DNA of 63,845 nt, filler included, from Lenisia limosa (taxonomy: Eukaryota; Protista; Breviatea): NCBI GenBank assembly GCA_001655205.1. It is 19 parts of 19 records of this genome, joined end to end, with 100 filler letters (N's around TTAATTAATTAA, not from the genome) between each part and the next. Parts side by side here need not be neighbours in the genome. Positions count along the whole stretch, not along the records: positions 33,189 to 36,764 come from LPNZ01003296.1; positions 36,865 to 47,806 come from LPNZ01010050.1; positions 47,907 to 50,881 come from LPNZ01005580.1; 16 more parts are not named here. One strand, given 5' to 3'. Positions 36,594 to 50,662 of this stretch are shown here, piece by piece. The notes under the pieces were generated by a model that was not told the DNA's origin, searched no databases, and worked only from the letters and a program-made list of their open reading frames with translations. The position numbers were made by a program, and so were the translations under genes. Numbering within the stretch: the first letter of the stretch is position 1; each line of letters begins with the position of its first letter.

Positions 36594-37347
36594 CTGTGGA
36601 CGTGTCAGCGGGGGCATTGATATTGTGTATCTAGGAGGGGTATACACTGTAACAAATGTAGTATCCAACAGAAATACTACCACCACAAATGTAAACATTA
36701 TCCGTGGCTTACTTGTCAACCATAACAGGGTGGACCTTGTCAAGACTATAACGTGAGGACATGCNNNNNNNNNNNNNNNNNNNNNNNNNNNNNNNNNNNN
36801 NNNNNNNNTTAATTAATTAANNNNNNNNNNNNNNNNNNNNNNNNNNNNNNNNNNNNNNNNNNNNGACCGTGAGCATATATATATATACATAGAATATTAC
36901 TCTCCATATAATATCATGCTAGTTTAAACGAAGAAAATCACAATACTCCTAAATCCACCCACAGAAGTCTTATCCTGCGGGGTTGAGTCCATAATTGCTT
37001 TCCAGAGAGCGGAAAGGAAGCTGATCGGTCGGGGTACGCCCTAAATATCGTGACAAGTGTATATTGGATAAATCTTCGATAAAACATCGACAAATATAGA
37101 TATTGTTTGATAAATCTTGGATAAATATTGATCAATCTTCGAAAAACCTTCTATAAATATCGATATATTACTGGTCTTTTTCGGACCGTAGGGAAGCCTT
37201 AGTTATGAGATCTGCAGCAAAAAATAGTACTATTCAATACTATTTACTATATTATGATTATTATACACTGACTGCGATAAGTCTTGACACGGATATTGAG
37301 CTTGATATTTAGAATAATATAAAATATGTACTATATAATATAATATC

Positions 37348-40300
37348 ATGGATGACGATGACCCTAATACCTTGCTATTGGGAGCCGTGGAAAACTCTGT
37401 AAATTGAGGAGAGTATCTACAGCGTCAGGTGGAGGTAGATGTGAACATCTCATAAAGGTTAAGAAGTAGCGGGTCTCGTTTATGAAAAATAAATACATGT
37501 ATACACTGTATTTAGCTGTATGTACAGTATGTATATAATTAATATCATATAATGTACATGTAATATATCATATAAGATGAAATATAGCTATATATATGCT
37601 GGTGCGCAGAACCCAGATGTTAACTCGAAAACTCCGTTGATAATTTGAAAACTCCGTTGTTAATTCCAAAAAAAAAACTGTAGATTTCACTATTTTTCGA
37701 TGTACTTTTTGGAACAATATTGTAGAAACGGTTACCAGTCAGGAATTACAAAAAAAAGTTCAGTTCATAGTCCAATTCATGGCCTTTTTATGGCTTTTTT
37801 TTTGAAAATGCCATCCCTTTTAGTATATCATATGTATAAATATAGTATAGATATATATATCGATATGTAGTTTATAATCCCTACACTGCCATTCCTTTCT
37901 TTTGCATCCCATACACCTATCTACCACTTAAATGACAAAGTATTCCAAGAATATTAACGTTTCTTGTTGCTTTCCTCCTTACAGGCAGGCCAGGACGAGG
38001 GTTCCAATATACCCCACGTTGTTGACAATCATAACAGTGTCAGTATCGAAATGGGGGAGTCCAAGGTCAATGATTCTGCGGGGGACGGTGAAACGAAGGA
38101 AATTTCGATGAAGAATACTGACGTCACGATACTAATCACGAACCGAATGATCTGAAACTCCAAACAAAAACAAAACATATACTAAGTAATATATATAACA
38201 AACACGAGCAAACAACACTAAAACTAGACAAAAGCCTAAAACAACAAAACACAACCCCCAGACTTCGGAATAGAGGACAATATATGAAACAAAAAATGGG
38301 AGGTAAACAAAGAACATATGACACAAAAAATGGGAGGTAAACAAAGAATGGAAAAATGATAAATTAATGTAACAAAATAAACCTCAAACAACACTCTGGT
38401 GGCTAGTTATTTGAGAAACACAAGGGCTTAAACAACAAAACAAAGTCCAGGCCAATTGCTCCTGCGTCTCAACATCTTATCACCCCAAGGGCGACCAAAA
38501 TTGGAAAATTTGTGAATCAACTCTGTTGGCAAGCAACACATAACGGCTAAAAACAATGAAACAAACAAAGCCCAGACCAGCTGGGGGATTAATATATAGG
38601 GTAATGGGGACGCAATATTCCNNNNNNNNNNNNNNNNNNNNNNNNNNNNNNNNNNNNNNNNNNNNNNNNNNNNNNNNNNNNNNNNNNNNNNNNNNNNNNN
38701 NNNNNNNNNNNNNNACAAAGCCGAGGGCCAGTAACGTAAGACGGCAAGCTATAGGGTTAGCATTTGAATAAAATAAAGCTTGGTGGGGAGGGAAGAAAAC
38801 AATTTATAATGTCAGAGTGCTATACAAGCATTAGGGTTTCACTTCAGTCCAAATAAAGACTGAATTCTCGCTAAATCCTCCAAAACTCTCGATTTTATCC
38901 CGGTCATTTTCGGACCAGCGAGAGGCCGTAGTTCGCATCGAGATATATATAATATGTATATTACTGGATTATAGTATAATACTAATTCACCCAATTTGCC
39001 TTACAACTCTGTACCCACAGCTTTCTGCGAGCCTCGCTCGGGTTTAGCATTGTAGATAGAAATTCACTTTCGTTTCCAAAACTTGAAAAATATCGATATT
39101 TTAATCAGGATTGCAGCTCTACTTGTAGATAGAAATGTTCTAGGAGCTTGAAAAGAGTTAAGGTCAGTTTCAAGCAAAATTGCGAAATTTCTGAAACAAA
39201 AAATTGCAAAATCGACTCGGTTGGCTGACAACACGAACACACAAGGGTTGTTAACAACAAAACAAAGGGCTTCACTCCGTCCAGAAAATTACTGAATTTC
39301 ACGATAAATTATAGATAAATTCTAAAAATTTATCGATCTTTTTCACCGGAGTGAATCCCTGCTCATCAAACACCTCCAGAACCCACAGAAAACCCGCAAG
39401 AATCTGAGCCAAAGTCTTTGAATGGGTGCAAGGAACAACTGAGCAATAAGTCAAAAGTTGCAGGCAAGCATATAATATAATATGTATGACTCTGTAAAAT
39501 TAATTAAAAAAATAAATGCAAAATTTGAAGATCGACATATTATCTGGAAACTCAATTTCAGCCTTTAATTTCATCAGTTATTGTCTTTGAAATAATAATT
39601 GCACGTGGTATCTGGCCGAAGGCGTCCACACATCACACTTATAAGAGATTTGGATAATAGTATCATATTAATTTGCAGAAAAGAAGAAAATATATTTTGC
39701 CCCCTTGAAACATAAAGAGATATTCGTTTGTGATATAAACGAATTTTCCAATTCCTTTGCACGTGCGGATGGTATTGAATAAAATGTTGGCAATATCAAA
39801 ATCATAGCATTTATCCAAGTTTTCAATAAGAACAACAGATTAGTGCCTATTATACATTTCCTATTGTGCCTACCAGAACTCCGACAACCTCCACCGCGAT
39901 TAGAAACAACACGGACAAGATTAGTAGGGGAAGCCTCATGAAGAAGAGAATCGGGGCTACGAAGAAGCGCATCAGCTTGAAGCGGAAACTGGTTTTCACC
40001 TGTGTGACTTAAGCTCAGAAAGATATTGAAAGGAAACATAAGTTAGGGCAAAGCTAAGCATTGAAAGACATCATATGAGTGTCGCTGTCAATATTATCGA
40101 TAGACAGGGTAGGTAATATGAAACCATCTAAAACAAATGGCGAAAGGAACTTTTTATTCATATTCACAGACCACGATAAGTTTTGACACGGATATTGAGC
40201 TGCATCTTTAGTTAATCGTGTCAGAACTTATCGCGGTCAGTGTTCACATAGATTTCTATCAAAAAATCAACATTCTGTATGGAATGTTGAAGTCTTTTGT

Positions 40301-43300
40301 TTATTCGATGATGGCAACAATGACATCTATTTTCCGTTCATCATAAACACAGCACACTAAAAACTCTTTCTTGTCTTACAGTTGGATTTAAGAAGGCATG
40401 GAGCCCTGTGTAGGAGTCGCGATACTGCGAAAACTTCTCCATAACGCTCTAGGAGATCAAGGTGAGGGGGAGAGGGGGGTTAAAGAAAATCCGGTTATTT
40501 ATCATATTATTGTCAACTTCATTGCTTGTGCAACCTACCAGTACTTAAGAGAGTGGAAAAGGATGGGCTGATTTGAGAAAGCTGTAAAATAGGGATTGCT
40601 TTTGATTATAATTTTTAAATTTCAAATTTTCAAACTCTAACAAACACAGTAACAATATACGAATTTTCGAATAATATAGCTATATCAGATCAGAAGAACG
40701 CATTAAGGAGTTGAAGCAGATCTCCAACGATGACTTCGTTTCTCCCGCTGAATACGCGGGGGTCGTCGCTTCCATTCAGGCCAAATAGAGGTTTAAAGGA
40801 CATGAATGAGGAGATTAATGAGTTTTTGTCTCGCAGTTCTACCCGTCAGCTACGGAAAGCAGATACCGAAGAGGCTTCTGCGAAGAAACTTGTGAGTAGT
40901 ACTATTAAAATGTGATTTTGACTGATGGCATAGTCGACAGCACTTTCCCTCGTCGAAACTCAGCAAACAACGATCAGCACTCTTCGTGCTCAGCTCAGAA
41001 AACTCAGGTACGCTACATTTCCTCCTGCATTGAAGGTGCAATGCTGAGAGGAGTTAATTTTGCTTTTTGTTGTGTGTTTTTTATTATTTATCCTTGACCT
41101 TTCTATCAATTTCCATCTGCTGATTTAGGGGAATTGTTAACTCCGCAGATACTCGGAAGAAGATAACGAGAATGGATTGCCAGGAACCCCTGTTTCTGCG
41201 GCAAAGAGGCGGCGCGGGTTGACCTCGGTATGTTGTGAAAATAAGCCTTGTTTTATATAAAGATGCAACTTAATTCTTTTTCCCATCTCTATAGTGTGTG
41301 GGATGATTGTGTGATGCTTTTCTTCTAGAATTCAGCATTATTTTACCTACCTACCCCCTCCAGGCCGAAGAGATCATGGAGATTGACAGGTTGCACGCTG
41401 AAGTATCGCGAATAACCAGGCTCAAAGATGAAGAGGTGGGGATCAGCGAAGCAAGTGCATTAAGTAAATTGTCATCTCCATCCTATCACTGTGCAAAAGA
41501 TTCTCTCATCAAGGCTCACCTTCTTCAAACTTTTAAATATATTTATCTCTTATTAAAATAACTGGATCAAAGCGCCACAAAAGTTGTAATCATTATTTCT
41601 CATTTTCCATTTTGGAGGTATGTTTCTCATCATCCATTAGTTGGAGGTCACACGTAGCGCTTGGAAGAAGGAGGTTGAGGAGCTGGCGTCAAATTCTGAA
41701 AACCTCATGAAAAGCCTCCAGGAAATGGTATGTATACAGTGAATGCTGGAGAGGCACGCAGAAAGCAGTTGTACAGAGTTGTCAGGCAAATGATTGGGTG
41801 AATTAATATTATCTCGTTTGTGTTGGTGATTTAGGTCAGATGTTTTTCATTTCTCTTTTCTTGATACAGTGACCACGATAAGTCCTGACACGATTGACTA
41901 AAGAAAAAGCTCAATATCCGTATCAGGACTTACCGCGGTCATAGTACATGTTATAACAAGCTTTTATTGGGAATTAAGGCTTCACTTCGGTTCGAAAAAG
42001 GCTGAGTTTCTCGATACATCTTTGAAAACTAACGATATTTTACCGGTCTTTTTCGAACCGAAGTGAAGCCCTATAGATGGAATAGAAAGATTTTGAATGG
42101 TGTCGCCCCCCTCTTAATTCATGACATTTAGGCCAAAAACAAAATATCCCAAAAGCAAAAGCAACTCGAAGAAGTCCAGGTCTCAATGTCCGAGAAGGTG
42201 AGTCAAAAATGAGCTGTTATTTTTTTTGGGGAATCGGCTTTAGCTACCCTGCCTCATTTTTATATATTATAATATTATGTGTATTTTTCAATGCAAATAC
42301 TATATTGAACATTGGTCTTTTCTTTTGGCTTATTAATTCTTTCAGTTGAAACTCTGTGAACTGGAGGCACATTCAATTATTGCAAGTAAAGACGTGAGCT
42401 GATTAGTGTTAAAACACTGCCATTCTTTGTGGCAGGTTTTGCTTATTTTGAGTGCACAAAAAGACATCAATTAAGTGGAATGTCGAGTGTTCTCTTTTCT
42501 GGGATTGTTTTAAGTCGAATTATAAGGGGGTTTGAGTTCATTTTTTGTTTTGTTTTCTATTATATTTGCTGTTGTCGTCAATTTGCTATTATTCAGGAAT
42601 CTTAGCATATTTATCCATCACAGAAAGAACTGAAAGAGGTGAAAGAGCGATTTGAGATGGCATTACAGACAAACAACCAACAAACCTCGGAAATAACCAA
42701 AGCTAAGAGTGAGATGGAAAGAGGGGGGGGGGGGGNNNNNNNNNNNNNNNNNNNNNNNNNNNNNNNNNNNNNNNNNNNNNNNNNNNNNNGGTTGTATCGA
42801 GAATTTCTGTCTTTTTTTTTGAACCGAAGTGAAGCCCAAGGTATAGCAAAATGGACAGCCCACTTATGGTTATCCTCATATCATGCTATTGTGACTAGAG
42901 CTTCACTTTCAGTTCCAAAAGGCTGTTAAAATATCGAGGATTTATCGAGAATTCCGTTTTTTTTGGAACTGAAAGGGAATTTCCAAATTTGACATATCAC
43001 ATACAACGCTTTACAATATGCAGACGAAGTCAAAAGATTAGCGCCTCTCGAAGATGAGGTGACGCAGCTGAAAGCAACTATCAAATCCATCAAGCAGGAG
43101 GTTGGCTCTTGAGGACTTTTTTTTTTTTTTTTTGAGGTTATTGATGATATTTGAAAATAAAGCTGAAGAGTTCTGTTAATAATATGCATAGCTATGTTCA
43201 AATAGTGATATTAATTTCTTAAATAATTGCACAAAGTCCTAGTTCTTTCTTTCCTCGTGCATGAACGGTGAAAATAGTAATAATAAAAAATAATTTTTGG

Positions 43301-46300
43301 GATCATCTTTGTCTGAAGGATAAAGAGAGGGGGGGGGGGNNNNNNNNNNNNNNNNNNNNNNNNNNNNNNNNNNNNNNNNNNNNNNNNNNNNNNNNNNNNN
43401 NNNNNNNNTAGAGACTTTAGTGCAAGCTGACTGGTACAGAAATTGGATGCCGAGATTGGTATGAAGCGGACTATTCTGAGCCTTGAGACCTTCAAAAGAG
43501 ATGTAAGTTTGGCATGTTCGCGTACATACTGAAATGAAGCCTTACATATAGGTTATGGTTTTAGCCACTTCTAACAAGGATGATATCGATAGTTTTCGAG
43601 GATTTATCGAGAAATTCACTCTTTTTTCGAACCAAAGTGAAGCCCTACTTCTGACCCCTTTTTGAGCAGAGTAATATGCAAGATGAAAAGTCTTCTGCAA
43701 TTCTTATCATGTAGTATATGCATATATAATAATAAATTACGCTTTTTTTTTATTTTTCTTTTTTTCATTAAATTTTGGGAATTTTTCAATCATGATACAT
43801 ATAATATGGAGTATGAATCACAGATTATTATTACTTTTAAGATAAATTTATTATTACTATATCATATGCACACATCATGTATGGTACATTTATTTTTTTC
43901 AGGCCAAAAACAAGATAAGCAGTAACCAAAAGCAGCTTGAAGAAGTCCAAACTTCGATGAGTGAAAAAGTGGGTGTTTCTTATCGGCGGGAATTTTTCTC
44001 AAGTACAAAACCATTATGAGTAATGCGGTTGAGCATGTGATATGCAATGTATTTATACAGTGAGTCGAGTCTACTATTATAGTATGTTATTCAAATATGT
44101 GTTATGATATCATTTCTTATCCTAACATGCATTTCTTCCTTTTACACCCAGATGAAACTTCGTGAAATGGAGGCGACGGTGTCCCTTTCAGGAACTCAGG
44201 TGACAAGGGATGTAGTTACACTTCGGTCCAAAAGCCTCGGTACAATATATCAATGATTATCAAAAAATTCCGTTTTTTTTTGTTTGTACCAAAGTGAATC
44301 CCTAGATGTTATCATTCTGGGTTGCCAACGATACTCATAACAACCCCAATTTAGATAAAGTACAAATTTTGCCGCTTTTTTGGGATATTACATCAATATG
44401 TAGAGATGTGAAATATAGGTTGTATTAATAATTGTAATAAGATAATATATGAATAGTACTTCTGTTTTTATTTTTGTTGTTTGGATGAGTGCGAATAAAT
44501 CAATAATTAAAACATTCAGACCGAGCTTGGTGAAACGAAAGCTCGTTTGGAGGATTCGGCTAAGAAATGCGCTGACTTGGAATCGCTCTTAATGCGCTAC
44601 AAAAGTGTGCACTGCTTTTTTGAATCATATCATAATATTACATAGTATGATAATATATACTAGTAAATATATTGTATGTACATAATATATCATATGTATT
44701 ATATATCGTAGTAGAATACATATCATATGCATATAGATCGGATTATATAATATCATACACTATATGATATGTATATCATATACAGTATTTAACTCGATAA
44801 GTCCTGACACGATTGATAAAATATAAAGCTCAAATTCGTGTCGGGACTTTTTGCGTTCTCTGTATCCTGATGATTTAGAACAAGTGGATCGAATTTCCCC
44901 CCTGGAAAATGATATTACAAAGGCCTTAGCCAGTCTGAAAACTGCTGAAGAGGAGGTTTGTTTGGGTCTTCCGCTGACACTTTGATTTCAAATTTTGTCA
45001 ATATTTGTTCAAAATAAAAAAATTGCCTGGAGTCCTAATAATTCCCTTCCCTTAGAAACTTGCAGCCGAGGTTGACAAGAAAAAGGCCCTTGACAACCTC
45101 GAGGAAGTCAAAAAAGAGGTGGAACTTACTTCGTTAATGTTACCAATTATGTCACATATTGGAATTGACTGGAACAATATTTTTGTCACATTTTGTTGTG
45201 GTTTTCTCTATAGTTTTGGTGACGGTTTTAGACTGAGGCTGCCATTAGCCAAAGCCAGAAGCAACTGAAGGATGCTGAAAATGCTCTTTCTGACAAGGTA
45301 ATTGGACAAATTTTATTCAAAACAAGAAAAGAAACGACCGAACTGGCCTTNNNNNNNNNNNNNNNNNNNNNNNNNNNNNNNNNNNNNNNNNNNNNNNNNN
45401 NNNNNNNNNNNNNNNNNNNNNNNNNNNNNNNNNNNNNNNNNNNNNNNNNNNNNNNNNNNNNNNNNNNNNNNNNNNNNNNNNNNNNNNNNNNNNNNNNNNN
45501 NNNNNNNNNNNNNNNNNNNNNNNNNNNNNNNNNNNNNNNNNNNNNTATTTATCGAGAGATTCGGTATTTTTTTAGGACCATAGGGAAGCCCTACATTTAC
45601 TGTCCGTGATATGTCCTGACACGATTGGCTGAAGATAAAGTGCAATGTTCGTGTCAGGACTTATCTCAGTCTGTGTATGTGTCGATTTGATAATTACACT
45701 CCGTCTATTATTTAGTTGGGCATTTGTGTTTTGTTGTTGAACTAAATAGTTGTGTCAACGTGATGGTGGCTTTGGCCAAATAATACATCCTTGTTTAAAT
45801 TCTCATTTATATATGTATGTATAGGATACATATTGATATTATATAGCTAGCTATAATATATGTATAATTATATCTTGATATTCGTATAGATGAGAGTAGA
45901 ACGGATTCCTCCAGATGCATTTATCATTTTTTAAAAAGTGTTGTTGTTTCCCCTTATTGTAAAGAATTTTTTTTTTTTTTTTGTTTAATTTTTTGTTTAA
46001 GAAGTGATCCTTCAGAATNNNNNNNNNNNNNNNNNNNNNNNNNNNNNNNNNNNNNNNNNNNNNNNNNNNNNNNNNNNNNNNNNNNNNNNNNNNNNNNNNN
46101 NNNNNNNNNNNNNNNNNNNNNNNNNNNNNNNNNNNNNNNNNNNNNNNNNNNNNNNNNNNNNNNNNNNNNNNNNNNNNNNNNNNNNNNNNNTCATTCCTCC
46201 AGACGAGGCGGACCGTTTAGCGCCTTTGGAAGCCGAAGTCTCCGCTACCAAGAATTTCCTCCAGATTGCCAATCAAGAGGTATCCAGGGCTCCATGCAAT

Positions 46301-47571
46301 TAATTGAAAAATTAGCCGCAAAACTTGAAGTGAGACAAACTGTAATGTAAAGTTAATTGATTTTTTCAAATAAACAGAATTATTTCACAGAGTCCTAATA
46401 TCGATTTGTACTGCAATACTTGGACAACTTTGGCTTGGCTTTTTTTTCAATTTTTTTTTTTTTTTTTTTTTNNNNNNNNNNNNNNNNNNNNNNNNNNNNN
46501 NNNNNNNNNNNNNNNNNNNNNNNNNNNNNNNNNNNNNNNNNNNNNNNNNNNNNNNNNNTCTAATTCTCTAGACAAAGTCACTGTCGAATGAACTCAAGGC
46601 CCTCCAGAATCAACTCGACGATTACAAAAAGGAGGTTTGTTGGGAGTTGTTAGGGGTCCCAAAAAAGACTGAATTTCTAGATAAATCCTCGACAAATATC
46701 GATATTTAAACGATCTTTTTCGGACCGTAGGGAAGCCCTGGGTGTTGTTGTATTTATTATTATTTAAAAGATTTAACCGTATACGTTAAAACAAATTTTA
46801 AAAACGAGAAATAGTACATTAGAAATCTTGGGGAAACAAATAAATCCATAGGGTTACCATAAACATATTACCATAGTCCTTCGTTTTTTTTTTGATAATT
46901 TCCTAATTTCCCTTGCCATTTCATTTTTTGAATCCTTTGGTTCTTTCCCCTTACTCGCCCTAGCTTCTCGACTGTCAAGAGGAGAAGAAACATGCCAAGT
47001 CACAAGTGGCTGTACTGGAACTGTTTGTGGAGACTATTAGGAGTTATTGTTTGATATTGAAGATGTACCAACCTTTTCCAATTAACATTCTAGTGAAGTT
47101 GCGCATTTGGAGGAGCGGATGGGCAGGGGAGATTTTAACGTCGCCACCACCAAGGTCGGGTTGAATAAAGGGGCAAATGATTGTGTATCCAATATCTCTG
47201 ATACGCGTGATAGTGGACGGCTTTGGCTAGATACAACCTTGTTTTTTTCTCATCTGTTTCTCTTTATCGAGTCAGATTTTTATTGTCATGTCATATAGTT
47301 TGATTCCATCACTTCAGTCAAATTGTGTCAATTAGTTCTTTTTTAAAACCGCAAGAAAATCCAAGATGGCACCTCCACCCCTACCTTTTTTCTTCTCCCT
47401 TGTCACATCAATTTCCTTCATCGAAATTTCATTCGTTTTACTCCCCTCAGGTCCTGCATTTCGTGGCCAATCCAAGTGCTAAGGCCAGAGAGGACCACCA
47501 GGCTAAAATGGCCAACTTGCTCTCGGAGAACAACCAGCTTAAGGCCCGCATTTTGGTGCTGGAAGAGCATG
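37348..47571 (+). CDS. MAD1: Spindle checkpoint protein MAD1, long coiled coil, more than 20 exons; 5' end uncertain, C-terminal RWD exons outside contig
   Basis: Heptad-rich exons followed by EERMGRGDFNVATTK|VLHFVANPSAKARE...LLSENNQLKARI, equivalent to human GDYDQSRTKVLHMSLNP, with an intact Mad2-interaction motif K-V-L-H-F-x-x-x-P. Confidence 0.85.
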
Positions 47572-48002
47572 GTGAGCACTTTTTTTATTAATTTTTTTTT
47601 TTTTTTTTAACCTTTTTCAAACCGTTTCCAGAACCTTCAGGTGTTCTAGCCGGGGGTGGGCAATCCCCCTCCCCTCTCACCTTTTCCAGGACCCTCAGGT
47701 GTTCTTGCTGAAGGCTTACAATCTTTTTTTTTATTATTTTTTTTTTATTTTCCGTCCCTCCCTTTCTACTCTTTATTTGCCTGTGTAACTACTCCAGAAC
47801 CCTCCTNNNNNNNNNNNNNNNNNNNNNNNNNNNNNNNNNNNNNNNNNNNNTTAATTAATTAANNNNNNNNNNNNNNNNNNNNNNNNNNNNNNNNNNNNNN
47901 NNNNNNCTAGTTTCAATTGTGCTCCCCATCCCCTTATCACCACCACCCCCCCTCTCTATGGTTAGAACCCATTTTACAAACAACTCTAATTAACATTTCC
48001 AG

Positions 48003-50662
48003 GCCTACGTTGACGCCAAAGTCAATGCTGCGGCCGTAGGGGGGATATACAACAAGGTGGTATCGCCATGCTTATAAGAGATATTGGACGGGCTTTGTCT
48101 GTTTTGTTTTTTTAACCCTTGTGTGTTACTTAGCAACAGAGTTGGTTTTGGGCTTTTTTTGTTTCATAAAATTTTCAAATTCCCCCCGCCGTAATTTGCT
48201 AATATTCATATCGATAGTATATAATCCCTTTAGGCTGCCGTCGAATCCAAATTGGAGCTTATGATGGTGGGTAAACTCATACAATAGGCTTTTAAGAAAT
48301 ATTGGCATTTTAGATCAAGAAAAAATGGTATGTCCATTCACTCCTTCAGTCCACACGGAGCAATTTCCGCATTGTGGCAAAACAAATTGTAGGCAGGATC
48401 AGGGCGATTTTCTAGCAAACGTGAAATAGCAATATAGCCGGGGCTTGTGGGACCCAAGTAATCCCCTGAAACTAATAGACCTTTCTGGCTAATCCCTTTT
48501 CAAAATAATGCTGTTAACCGATTTGCTATACTATATTACCATCTTTTATTGGACCACAGTAAAACCTTGTGATGATCTTTTTTGAATTATTAAAAGTGGG
48601 GTGTTCGAAACGAAATTTTTAGGCGAATAAACTGACTTCAAATTTTTAATATCATATTATATGATTCATTTGCGAGAAAAGAGATCCAAAACACACCAAC
48701 ACCGTCTAATTCGTCCAGGCACCCACGGTCATTGGCGAAGTTGTGAGCATCCCATCGCTACCGTCCGGGATAATTCCTGTTTCTCGTGCCATTATCGGGA
48801 GTGCTGTTGTGGGCGGAGACCAAGTTGTGATGTTTTTATCGTCAACCTAATACAGTTTTTTTTTTTTTTTTTTTTTTNNNNNNNNNNNNNNNNNNNNNNN
48901 NNNNNNNNNNNNNNNNNNNNNNNNNNNNNNNNNNNNNNNNNNNNNNNNNNNNNNNNNNNNNNNNNNNNNNNNNNNNNNNNNNNNNNNNNNNNNNNNNNNN
49001 NNNNNNNNNNNNNNNNNNNNNNNNNNNNNNNNNNNNNNNNNNNNNNNNNNNNNNNNNNNNNNNNNNNNNNNNNNNNNNNNNNNNNNNNNNNNNNNNNNNN
49101 NNNNNNNAAAAGACCGGTAAAATATCGATAGTTTTCGAGGATGTATCGGGGAAATTCTGTCTTTTTTTTGAACCGCAAGGATGGTGGGGGGGGGGACACC
49201 AACATTTCGAAGCGATTTCCTTATCGTACGAATCGGCCCACTCGGAGCACCAAAGACCATATGGCTATAATACAGGGTTGTGCTTACATTAGGTGTACAA
49301 TGGGATCCTGGGAGCACGGTGATATCATTAGGGCTTCCCTATGGTCCCATAATAGATAGTTTTACCGTACCTTTTCGGACCTCAGGGAAGCCCTAGATAT
49401 CATATTACTATTAAGGCTTTACTCAGTCACGAAATAGGTTAGACCTTGTTTTTTCTCTCGCCCTTCGTATGACGGTCCAGAATGTGACAGTTCCTGCCGC
49501 TGCCAACATGCTGGTCATCGATGTCATCCAGGAGGACCCGGCGTTTCAGGTGAGTTGAGCAGATCAGGGAAACTGGGATAGGAGGCACGCAAAAAGCTGT
49601 GTGCGTAAGGCAAATGATTGGGTGAATTAATATTATGCTATAATCCAATATCTCTTATAAGCGTTATGGTGTGGACAGCTTCGGCCAGATACAAGCTCTT
49701 GTTTATTTCTCATTGCTATCCCTGCCCTTGCGCTGGAGTGATGGGTGTAGAAGCGACTGGCCTNNNNNNNNNNNNNNNNNNNNNNNNNNNNNNNNNNNNN
49801 NNNNNNNNNNNNNNNNNNNNNNNNNNNNNNNNNNNNNNNNNNNNNNNNNNNNNNNNNNNNNNNNNNNNNNNNNNNNNNNNNNCCCAGAGTTGTTTTTTGG
49901 GCTTTTTGTTTTTGTTTCATAGGTGTTCCTATTTTACTCCCCCTCTCCAGGTCCAAAAATTTGACGCGACAAGTCCGAATCAAAAAATTCTCTTCCAAAC
50001 GGCGTTTTCCTCAGCTCCCAGTGTAAGCTTGAGGCCTTTAGAATTGCTACGTGATGGTGTGAATGGCTTCAGCCATATACTACAGTCAATGTCTAAAAGA
50101 CTGAGAGCAGCTTTCTGCGTGTCAAAATACCTCAACATTAAGGCTTCACTTCGGTTCGGAAAAAACCGGTAAATATCGATAATTTTCGAAGATTTATCGA
50201 AATATTCAGTCTTTTTTTTGAACCGAATTGAAGCCCTACTCAATATTCACTGAACTATATTTCGACATGTTAAATAAATGCCGTATAAATAGACTGACTG
50301 TCCAGTGTTATGTTGGTGCGACGTATCCCCAAAATCAGGTATGAAAGGGAGAGGGAATACAGCGAAAGTGGTTATTGTGGCTGCGAAATGGGTCAAAGAC
50401 GGTGCTGCTTATGATTTTGGTCCGAGAAGATCGGCGAAATATCGATAGTTTTCGAGGATTCATCTAGTAATTCGGACTTTGTTCGAACCGAAGTAAAGCC
50501 TTTATCGGGCACCGTGGGAAATATATGAAAAGACAATGGAAAATGATGATACCATTTTTTACCGAGAAGCAACAAGGCCATCTAATTCCCGTAGATGTGG
50601 CTGGCAGCCGTCCCCTCCACCACAGGCATCAATGTTTCATGTAGAACGCAATCAGGCGAAGA
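48003..50662 (+). CDS. Unknown protein, partial, at least 5 exons
   Basis: Phase-0 exons AYVDAKVNAAAVGGIYNK; APTVIGEVVSIPSLPSGIIPVSRAIIGSAV; NVTVPAAANMLVIDVIQEDPAFQ; VQKFDATSPNQKILFQTAFSSAPS; MWLAAVPSTTGINVSCRTQSGE, each bounded by AG/GT. Confidence 0.5.
49329..49395. mobile_element. hAT MITE copy, internally deleted (67 bp)
   Basis: TAGGGCTTCCCTATGG...GGGAAGCCCTA with perfect TSD GATATCAT. Confidence 0.85.
49576..49693 (-). repeat. Interspersed repeat family D (~120-170 bp), representative copy
   Basis: Consensus GTATCTGGCCGAAG...CTTATAAGAGATATTGGATTATAG...AATTCACCCAATCATTTGCCTTAC...CAGCTTTCTGCGTGCCTCCCCAG. Copies near 13192-13274, 21098-21125, 38958-39030, 39608-39670, 41745-41810, 58517-58600, 59985-60063. 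Confidence 0.75.
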
